Shown: positions 5,419 to 12,505 of the stretch, piece after piece
How positions within the stretch are numbered: the first letter of the stretch is position 1
How the letters are laid out: every line of letters begins with the position of its first letter
IMG/VR virus record: IMGVR_UViG_3300033153_002015
Location: 1-20,168 of that record
Length of the DNA: 20,168 bases
Reading direction: 5' to 3' (one strand)
From: a virus
Position numbers and translations under genes: made by a program
The notes under the pieces: model-generated
Seen by the model: only the letters and a program-made list of their open reading frames with translations
Told to the model about the DNA's origin: nothing
Database searches by the model: none

Positions 5419-8400
5419 TATGGTCGGCTCTTCTTCTTGGCGGACGCCAGTGCATCGCGCATTGCTTTTCGCTTATCCTTCGGGAACAGGACGATGAACG
5501 CGTCGGTGAATGCGTCGGCGCCGTCGTGCCTGTCCGTCGACTTCTTCATGTCACGGGAGACCCTTGTCAGGATCTCGAAGGCGTCGTCGCGCGACACATC
5601 ATGCGATGCAGCAATGCCGTCAGTGAGGGTATCGATCCAGGTGCCATACGATCCACCGTTTCGCTGCATGCTGCGCGCTACCCCGTAGTACCTGTGCATG
5701 ATGTCGCGCGCGGAGACCTCGGTGACGACCTCCTCGACGATCTTGCCGTGTCCGCGATACGCCTTCGTGCCCATGTTGCCGTGCCCATGAACCGCTTCGT
5801 GCACGATGGTGCGCATGCCCTGCGAGTTGTCGTACAGCTCTTTGCCTGGATGTTCTTTTATCTTGTCGAGCGATGCGGTCATCTTCTTCAGCAGCTTCAG
5901 CGTCTCCTCACCCTTCCTGTGGTACTCCCTGCTGAAGACGGCACGCCTCTTCTTGTCCTCGGCTTCTGTGAAGTTCGGGTGGTTCTTAAATGCATCCAAC
6001 AGCTTCGTCTGGTTGCGGTGCCATCCGGTGCGTTCCTTGACCGCTGCACGGTGCGCATCGATGTCGACACGTGCTCGCACGCTGAGCTTGCCGAACGCCT
6101 TGAGATCTGCGCGCGACTTCTTCGCCAGAGCTGGCTTGGCGAACTGCTTCGTGAACTTCTTCGCCTTCTTGATTTGCGTATCGCGAATATGGATTCGACC
6201 GTTCCATGCGTGCGTACCCAGCGCACCGCGCGGGTTCTTCTGAATCATGATGTCGTCGACGTCTTGCGGTCGCTTGTGCAAGCCATCGAGGTCGAGGACG
6301 TCGTCGATGCTCTGACGTACCAGAGTCCAGTCGCCACTCTCGAAGCCTGCGCGCGTGTTCGTTGCGCGCGACGCAACGAGGGCAACAGACTCGGCTCGCT
6401 CCTTGGGAGTCATTGCCGCGGCGACGTCTTTCATCTTCTGCCGCGCTTCCTTCAGTAGCTTCCTGTTCTTTGGCGACTCGGCGATCTTGTTCAGATCGGC
6501 GATGTCAGATTCAAGGATCTTCTTCCGCGCCTGGTCTTTCCACCTCCACCTCTTCTTGTACCTGATCTTGTCCAGCTCTTTGTCGAGTGGCTTCAGCTCG
6601 GCATACAGTCGATCGAAGAGCTTCTTGAAGTCGGAGGATACCTTGACCATCTCCTTCTTCCGCTTTGCGGGCGTGTCGAGGTCGACCGGTCGCTTCATCT
6701 TCTTCCCGGCGGGCTTGCCGGGCACCTTGTCGTTCTGCTCCTTGGTGGCGTCCGGGTGGATAGTGATCTCAGGGGCTGGCTTGCCCTTCTTCTTCAGGCG
6801 GTACCCGCGGATACGCTCGCGCGTGAGCCGTGCCTTCCGCTCACTCTTGCTCTCGCCAGGCAGCCACACCTTGCCGAAGCTCGTGCCCTTAGGAAACACC
6901 TTCGCCTCGACGACGCTGGTGTCGGGCTCGGGCTCTTCCTTCTTCGGCTTCACCTTCGTGTGGCGACGCCAGAAGCTGTCGATGTCCTTCTTGCTTGTGC
7001 CGTCGTATAGCAGCACCGCCATGCCTGTGGTCGCATCAGTGACCCAGAATTGAGGCTTCTGTTTGCTGTCGTCTACCCAGGCACGGTGAACCGTGAACTC
7101 GGCGCCCGTGAGCTTGCGCCATACGGTGATACCGTCCGCCGGTACCCGCGACCTGAACTTCACGGGCTTCTCGTGCTCCTTGTCGGCGTGCTCGTATTCG
7201 CTCCAGAACGCTGCGACGTCTAAGCTGCTAGTTGCGTCGTAGGTGCGTACGCGTTTGCCACGTTCGCCGATGAGGGAGAAGAGGGGCCTCCCTCCTTCAC
7301 GGTCGTAGTCGTGATCTACCCTGCGCCTCTTCTTCGTCCCCTTGCGCTGAACCATAAGCCCGCTATCTGGGACGCCCGGCACGCTGTCGACGGCCTCCGG
7401 GTACAACTTCGTCGGCGTGTGCTTGAACGGAAGATAGGTGCTCCAGAAGCGAGACAGCGCCGCGATGTCGTCACCCCTCCATCGAACAGATACGGCCTTC
7501 GCGCCGTCAGCTGGTCGCAGTACGAACCATGGCCCCTTCTTCTTCTCCTCGTCATCCCATCCGCGCGTGACGACATACTCGCGGGCGAACCTCTGCCCCC
7601 ACACTGACTGGCCATCGGTCGGCGCCGTGGAGTGGAACGAGTCAGTCGCTGGCTCGATCGGGTTGTATGTTTTCCAGAACGACTTGACGTCCAGCTTGTC
7701 CGTAGCCAGCCAGCTACCGTACACGCGAACGCCTCCGTCGATTGGCTCGACTGCGAAGACTGGAAATTGCTCTTCGGCATCGGAGAAGCTGTGCCGCACA
7801 ACATACTTGCTGCCTGTGATCTTGTTCCAGACGATCTGGTTTTTCTTCGGAGCACTCGCTAGCGGCTTGCCTCCGACGGGCTTCGGTGGCGGCTTGACCT
7901 CGCTCTTCGAGTAGTGGCTCCAGAACATGGCGACGCCGCTCTTCGTGTCACCACGCAGCCGCTCTGCCTGCGAAGGGCCGCCCGACACGACTAGCCACTT
8001 GCCGCCGTACACCTTCGCGCGTTTCACCACGAGCTTCTTGCCGGTGTCCCTCACCCATACCGTAGATCCGTCCTCCGGTGCGTTGGCATCCCACTCGGTC
8101 TCTTCCTTCTCGGGCTTCTTCTCGGTCTTCTCCTTCGAGTACCCCTTCCAGAACATCAGGACTGCATGCGCAGCTGAGCCGCGGTACTTCTGTGACTCGC
8201 CGCCCCTCTCGTTCTTCGCGAAGAACCACAATCTGCCGTCGGCGTCGGTCTCGCGAACGACGGTGAACTTCGAGCCGTAGCGCCTCCCCCACACGGTCAT
8301 GCCGTTAGTGGGTGCACCCTTCGCCCACTTCTTGGGTGTGCGGCTGAACAGTGACCAGAATGTTCTAATATCGTCTGGGGCGTCGCCCTCGTAGAACCTC

Positions 8401-9959
8401 GTTGTCGCACCGCCGTCGACGCGCAGTGCTTGAAATATCGGATTCTGCTTCTTGGCGTCGCTGTACTGGTGGAGGATTTCCCACTTCTTCCCGGTCTTCT
8501 TCGACCAGACGAAGCTACCCTTCTTTGGCGCGTTCGCGTGGAACGGGATCGGCTTGAGCTTGTCCGGCTTGGTCTTCGTGTGGCGATCCCAAAACAGTTC
8601 GACCTGTAGCTTGTTGTCGCCTGGGTACTTGCCGACCTGGCGTGTCTTGTCGCGAACGACGATCCAGATCCTGCCGTCGTCTTCGGTCAAGCGCTTCGTT
8701 GTGCGGCGCTCGCCGGTCTTGACATCCCATACGACCTGACCATCGAACGGCGCACCCGCAACCCACTCTCGCTTCTTCTTCGGCGGCGGCTTCGGTGGCG
8801 CGGCTACCTGTTCCTTGTCGGTTGCATGAGGGTGAATGGTGTCATCGGGTATCAGTAGCCCCTTCTTCTTCGCGCGATACTTCCTTATGCGCTCCTTGGT
8901 CATCCGCGCCTTGCGTGCCGCCTTGTCTTCGCCCGGCAGCCAGACCTTTCCGAAGTTGGCGCCGCTTCGCTTGTGCGGCGGCTTGTCGAGGTCGGGCTTA
9001 ATCCTTGGCGCCTTCGGTAGCAGGTTGCCTGGATGCGGCTTACCTCGGTCGCCGGATTCTGGCGGCGCACCTTCGGCGTCCATCTTCCAATCCTCGTGCC
9101 ACGCCACGATCACACATCGGCAATTGGGATGGGCCGGCGGTTCGATGTGCCGCGACGTGTACGACTTCTTGGCCCCTCGCCATTTGCCTACGAACTCCTC
9201 GTCAACCGCCCTCACCTGACCATCGAGGCTCTTGCACTGCGGGCACCGCCGCCAGTCGTACGCAGCATCCCACCGGTTCTTTATGCCGGGGTCGACCTTC
9301 GCGATCTCTCTGATGCCCTCCTTGTGATAGACGTTGTATGCGTGCATCACCTCGGTGCGTGCCACCATCGACGCGCGCCGCGAGAACTGCCCGAACACGC
9401 CCGGCATGTTCCGCTTCAGCCGTTCACCTGTTTCGCGAATGGTCTCGCCCTTCACGCGCCCGACCGCAAGCTCTTGAACGAGCCGCTTGCGGATGTCGCC
9501 AGAGTAACGCCGAGCTGAGCGGGGGAAGCGCTTCAGTACCAAGCTGTCGCCGCGCGCGAGCACGATCGCCTCGTCCATGGCGACCGAGTTCATCTCGCCG
9601 TCGAACAGATGCCCGAACCGAAGCATCTCGTCTTCGACGTTCTTCATCGACAGAGACGCAGCGTCCTTCGCGCTCAGGTTCAACCCTTCGACAAGCGCTG
9701 GCTCTGTCTCCTTCAGTGTGTTGAGAGCAGAGCGAACCTGTTGCAGCGCGCTACGGAGCTTCTGCGTGGTGAACCTCTTGTCCCCGTCCTCTTTGTCGAG
9801 CCACTTCTTCAAGTCCTTGAGAAGCTCGGCACGGGCCTGCGCGAGGATGGGTGCCACCTTCCTGGCTACCGGCGTAGGAAGCCCGTCCACGGCTGCCGCT
9901 GACCGTTGCAGGACAGCCTGGTACTCCCTGCGCTGCTTGCCGGTGATTTTGCGCGCCAT
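5418..9959 (-). CDS. Giant (1513 aa) MuF / SPP1 gp7-family head morphogenesis protein. It is fused to an 8-unit repeat array and a C-terminal HExxH (zincin-like) domain, i.e. a polyvalent virion protein
   Basis: The N-terminal ~290 aa carry the MuF signature: RRASMVARTEVMHAYNVY...NRWDAAYDWRRCPQCKSLDGQ...IEPPAHPNCRCVIV. Eight ~70-aa repeats span aa 398-1005. HEAVHGHG is at aa 1387-1394 (HEAVH = nt 5787-5801). The gene sits in the canonical portal-to-MuF-to-scaffold slot. Confidence 0.9.
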   Translation of the reverse strand: MARKITGKQRREYQAVLQRSAAAVDGLPTPVARKVAPILAQARAELLKDLKKWLDKEDGDKRFTTQKLRSALQQVRSALNTLKETEPALVEGLNLSAKDAASLSMKNVEDEMLRFGHLFDGEMNSVAMDEAIVLARGDSLVLKRFPRSARRYSGDIRKRLVQELAVGRVKGETIRETGERLKRNMPGVFGQFSRRASMVARTEVMHAYNVYHKEGIREIAKVDPGIKNRWDAAYDWRRCPQCKSLDGQVRAVDEEFVGKWRGAKKSYTSRHIEPPAHPNCRCVIVAWHEDWKMDAEGAPPESGDRGKPHPGNLLPKAPRIKPDLDKPPHKRSGANFGKVWLPGEDKAARKARMTKERIRKYRAKKKGLLIPDDTIHPHATDKEQVAAPPKPPPKKKREWVAGAPFDGQVVWDVKTGERRTTKRLTEDDGRIWIVVRDKTRQVGKYPGDNKLQVELFWDRHTKTKPDKLKPIPFHANAPKKGSFVWSKKTGKKWEILHQYSDAKKQNPIFQALRVDGGATTRFYEGDAPDDIRTFWSLFSRTPKKWAKGAPTNGMTVWGRRYGSKFTVVRETDADGRLWFFAKNERGGESQKYRGSAAHAVLMFWKGYSKEKTEKKPEKEETEWDANAPEDGSTVWVRDTGKKLVVKRAKVYGGKWLVVSGGPSQAERLRGDTKSGVAMFWSHYSKSEVKPPPKPVGGKPLASAPKKNQIVWNKITGSKYVVRHSFSDAEEQFPVFAVEPIDGGVRVYGSWLATDKLDVKSFWKTYNPIEPATDSFHSTAPTDGQSVWGQRFAREYVVTRGWDDEEKKKGPWFVLRPADGAKAVSVRWRGDDIAALSRFWSTYLPFKHTPTKLYPEAVDSVPGVPDSGLMVQRKGTKKRRRVDHDYDREGGRPLFSLIGERGKRVRTYDATSSLDVAAFWSEYEHADKEHEKPVKFRSRVPADGITVWRKLTGAEFTVHRAWVDDSKQKPQFWVTDATTGMAVLLYDGTSKKDIDSFWRRHTKVKPKKEEPEPDTSVVEAKVFPKGTSFGKVWLPGESKSERKARLTRERIRGYRLKKKGKPAPEITIHPDATKEQNDKVPGKPAGKKMKRPVDLDTPAKRKKEMVKVSSDFKKLFDRLYAELKPLDKELDKIRYKKRWRWKDQARKKILESDIADLNKIAESPKNRKLLKEARQKMKDVAAAMTPKERAESVALVASRATNTRAGFESGDWTLVRQSIDDVLDLDGLHKRPQDVDDIMIQKNPRGALGTHAWNGRIHIRDTQIKKAKKFTKQFAKPALAKKSRADLKAFGKLSVRARVDIDAHRAAVKERTGWHRNQTKLLDAFKNHPNFTEAEDKKRRAVFSREYHRKGEETLKLLKKMTASLDKIKEHPGKELYDNSQGMRTIVHEAVHGHGNMGTKAYRGHGKIVEEVVTEVSARDIMHRYYGVARSMQRNGGSYGTWIDTLTDGIAASHDVSRDDAFEILTRVSRDMKKSTDRHDGADAFTDAFIVLFPKDKRKAMRDALASAKKKSRP
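6945..8768 (-). repeat. Protein-level tandem array: eight diverged ~67-73-aa repeats inside the giant MuF protein
   Basis: Approximate units are 8768-8565, 8549-8331, 8330-8124, 8099-7899, 7868-7653, 7640-7422, 7394-7182 and 7160-6945. The shared pattern is AP-x-DG-xx-VW...TG..(F/Y/W).V.(R/H)...(W/F).(V/F)...(Y/R).G...(V/I)..FW..(Y/H). Examples are APFDGQVVWDVKTGE...VELFWDRH, APTNGMTVWGRRYGSKFTVV...VLMFWKGY and VPADGITVWRKLTGAEFTVH...IDSFWRRH. Confidence 0.85.
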
Positions 9960-9962
9960 AGG

Positions 9963-10283
9963 TCAGTCGATCGGGATGAACTCTCCGCTCTCCTCGTCGA
10001 ATGCGTACCGGCCAGGAGGTAGATCGATCGATGCGTCGTCGACGGTGAGTTCGAGCTGCATCACGGTGATGGGGATGTGGATCATCATCTGGCTCGGGTT
10101 GTCGGGGTCGAACGTCACATCGATATCCGGCGTTTCCTCGACACCTGCCTCTTCCAGCCAACCAGACAACGACTCCATCATCCGCTGCGCGACCAAGTCA
10201 GGCGTGACGACGGTACCGACCAAGTCGGCGAGACCTTCGCGCATTTGCTTTGCCAGGCGCGCAACTGCAATCTCGTCGCTCAC
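9963..10283 (-). CDS. Small, strongly acidic protein (106 aa) between the portal and MuF genes
   Basis: Its GTG start overlaps the portal stop as GTGA, and its stop lies 3 nt before the MuF ATG. It is rich in D/E (..EEAGVEETPDIDVTFDPDNP..DDASIDLPPGRYAFDEESGEFIPID). Function is unknown. Confidence 0.65.
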   Translation of the reverse strand: MSDEIAVARLAKQMREGLADLVGTVVTPDLVAQRMMESLSGWLEEAGVEETPDIDVTFDPDNPSQMMIHIPITVMQLELTVDDASIDLPPGRYAFDEESGEFIPID

Positions 10284-12100
10284 TTCTTCCTCGTGTCGAC
10301 CATCTTCTTGCGGCCAACTTCAGGCTTCTCTGGTGGAGCCGGGGGCTTGTCGTCGTCCTCGTCCTCTTCTTCGAGGTCCTCTTCTTCGATGTCACCAGCT
10401 CCAGGGTGTACTTCGATGCGGTCCATCATTGGCGAGAACTGGTCGTCAGTGATGTTCATCATCAGCTCGGTCTCGATGTCGTCGAGGTCGTCTGCTGTTG
10501 CGTTATCCCCGAGTGTGACCTTCGCCAGCGCGAACTTGAACAGGCGCTGAAACGTGGCCGATGGAATCGAGATGCCTTCGAGGGTGACCCCCTTCTCGAT
10601 CTCATCTGACGCTTGCGTCTCATCGAACTTGTCGCAGCCAGCGGCGTTCCACTGCGGAGCAAGGTCGGCTTCGCCGCGCACACACGAGACCATCCCGTAC
10701 ACCTTCTCGGCGAACGAGCGAAGCAGAACGCCCAGCGCATCGAGGACCGTGGTCTTCGACGACTTGTCTTGCTTCTTCGACTCGCCGCTTCGCCCCACGG
10801 TCGCCGCGTTCGTGTCGACAGCCAGGGACATCTGATGCGTTACGCGATGCATTTCGTTCTTCGTGTCGACACAGCTCGCGCGCGCTTCGCTGAACGGCCC
10901 CGGGTCAGGGCCGACGAACTCGGCGCGATCCTGGTGACCTCGCTGCTGGACGTACCCCTGCCCCCTTGCCTGCGTCGTCGCGCGTTCCGGGTTCTCCTGG
11001 TTCGCGGATACGCCAGGCACCTGCGTTCCGCCCATGGACGTCTCTTCTGGTCCGTGGAATTCATACAGCTCTGGCAGTAGCGATTGCAGCTCGGCCCAAG
11101 CCAGGCCGCTGCGCTTGTTGAAGTGCTCGCGCGCCAAGCCTTCGAGCTTCGCCATGGCCCACAAGCCTTCGGGCACAGTGAGGCGAACCAGCGGTACCTT
11201 GCCCGTGGAATACGTGCCCTCATTGACCAGCCGCACAAGATCTGTATCCTTGGGCTTCTCGTCGGCCTTGTGGCGCAGCTCGTATCGAGACCAGCCATTC
11301 GTGTCGTAGTAGGTCCACCGCTGCGTGTGCACGTCGCGCGACGAGAACAGGTTCTCGCGCTGGGCTTCAACCGTGTGAACGAGCGCCCATTGCAGGGTGT
11401 TCGATTCATCCTCCTCCCAGTCGATGACGCTCTCCGGTTCGATGCGTACGGCGTAGGCGTCGAGTGCACCGCTCATCTTCTGGTCGAGCCTATCTGCGTA
11501 TACCGGCTCTTCGTTTCCGAGGCCGCGCATGTCTGGAAGGTCGACGAGTACCCATGCTGTTCGACAGATGAGCGAGTTCAGCATGCAGTCGCGCAGCTGT
11601 TCGTTGAACGGGGTCACCTCTGAATCGACGTGCGACGTGTCCTCGTGGAAGGCGTCGTACCATGGAGGGTATGAGCCCTTCTCCTTCGTCGAGTCGTTCG
11701 TGTCCATGGTGATGGGTGTGTTGCACAGCATCGACACGATGTCGTCGATGATCTCCCCGGCGTATGGCGTGTAAAAAGCGCGGTTGCATCGCTCTTCGTA
11801 GACGCTCGGGTGCTCGTTGCGGTGAGGGGGAAAGACCTCCTTCATCACAACAGGATCGTCCATTAGCATCTTGCCGCCGGAATACAGCGCGCGCAACCGA
11901 CGCCAGTACCCAGCGGCGTAGTCCGGGTGCGTCACCTTCAGCAGTCGATACGGGATGGCGCCAGGCCCGCCCTCGGTTTCGGTCTGCGTGCCCTGGGGGA
12001 AATCTGCGTGCCGTGACTCGGCGCGTTTGATGGTGCGGTGTCGAGCTTCATTGTCGGAGATGCCCTCTCCGCTGCCCTGCATTGAATCGTTGCCTGCCAT
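10280..12100 (-). CDS. Portal protein (606 aa)
   Basis: Its size and its position between TerL and MuF fit a portal. The N-terminal segment YEERCNRAFYTPYAGEIIDDIVSML resembles the conserved (Y)xxRxxRAxYxNxxxxxV opening of DUF4055-type portals, as I remember it. It has an acidic C-terminal tail (EEEDLEEEDEDDD). Confidence 0.8.
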   Translation of the reverse strand: MAGNDSMQGSGEGISDNEARHRTIKRAESRHADFPQGTQTETEGGPGAIPYRLLKVTHPDYAAGYWRRLRALYSGGKMLMDDPVVMKEVFPPHRNEHPSVYEERCNRAFYTPYAGEIIDDIVSMLCNTPITMDTNDSTKEKGSYPPWYDAFHEDTSHVDSEVTPFNEQLRDCMLNSLICRTAWVLVDLPDMRGLGNEEPVYADRLDQKMSGALDAYAVRIEPESVIDWEEDESNTLQWALVHTVEAQRENLFSSRDVHTQRWTYYDTNGWSRYELRHKADEKPKDTDLVRLVNEGTYSTGKVPLVRLTVPEGLWAMAKLEGLAREHFNKRSGLAWAELQSLLPELYEFHGPEETSMGGTQVPGVSANQENPERATTQARGQGYVQQRGHQDRAEFVGPDPGPFSEARASCVDTKNEMHRVTHQMSLAVDTNAATVGRSGESKKQDKSSKTTVLDALGVLLRSFAEKVYGMVSCVRGEADLAPQWNAAGCDKFDETQASDEIEKGVTLEGISIPSATFQRLFKFALAKVTLGDNATADDLDDIETELMMNITDDQFSPMMDRIEVHPGAGDIEEEDLEEEDEDDDKPPAPPEKPEVGRKKMVDTRKK

Positions 12101-12103
12101 GAT

Positions 12104-12493
12104 CTACCTCTTACCCGGTCGGGGCTTGCGCTTTTTGGTCTTCGTCGTAAGCCCGGCGTCCACGGCGAGCTTCTTCAGTTTGACCTCGGTGAGGTCCTGC
12201 ATCTCGACGATGTCATGCATCTGAGTTGTGGCCATGTCGATGCCGGAGAAGTCTCCGGCGCCGCACACGATGCACAGGCCATTGTCTCCCATGATGCACT
12301 CGGGGCCGTCGAGCGGCACGTTGCACGGTGTCGGGCCTTCTGGGATGTCCTTCACACGGATGAGGGGGAACGGATTCGGTACCCGTGCATCCTGGTCAAC
12401 ACGTCGAGCCGCGCGTGCGCCACCTCGCCGATCTGGGGCTGGTGGGGTACCGCTGATGTTGACCGTCTCCTTGATTCGCTTGCCTCGTGCCAT
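12104..12493 (-). CDS. Small protein (129 aa) with a Cys4 cluster and a C-terminal HeH/SAP-like basic motif
   Basis: It lies between TerL and the portal. The Cys cluster is C57-x8-C66-x7-C74-x2-C77. The C-terminus DLTEVKLKKLAVDAGLTTKTKKRKPRPGKR resembles the helix-extension-helix (SAP / Rho-N-like) motif. Confidence 0.6.
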   Translation of the reverse strand: MARGKRIKETVNISGTPPAPDRRGGARAARRVDQDARVPNPFPLIRVKDIPEGPTPCNVPLDGPECIMGDNGLCIVCGAGDFSGIDMATTQMHDIVEMQDLTEVKLKKLAVDAGLTTKTKKRKPRPGKR

Positions 12494-12505
12494 GGTCTCT
12501 CCCTG

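Noticed and set aside
5385-6458. Long plus-strand ORFs lie antisense to recognised genes. Examples are 5385-6458 (357 aa), 12542-13561 (339 aa), 9577-10452 (291 aa), 4415-5137, 4491-5213, 14007-14735, 810-1427, 3487-4095 and 6355-7053.
   Set aside because: Each lies opposite a minus-strand ORF with clear domain signatures (MuF, TerL, portal, scaffold, capsid). Their translations are Arg/Leu/Ser/Pro/Ala-rich in the way expected of shadow frames in high-GC DNA. None has an SD or a motif I recognise.
5418-6734. Assigning the HExxH C-terminal domain as the capsid maturation protease.
   Set aside because: This is possible, since no other protease is present. However, the scaffold + P22-coat-like pair typically needs none, and known head proteases are serine or herpesvirus-type rather than zincins. 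It is kept only as an alternative hypothesis under the relevant finding.
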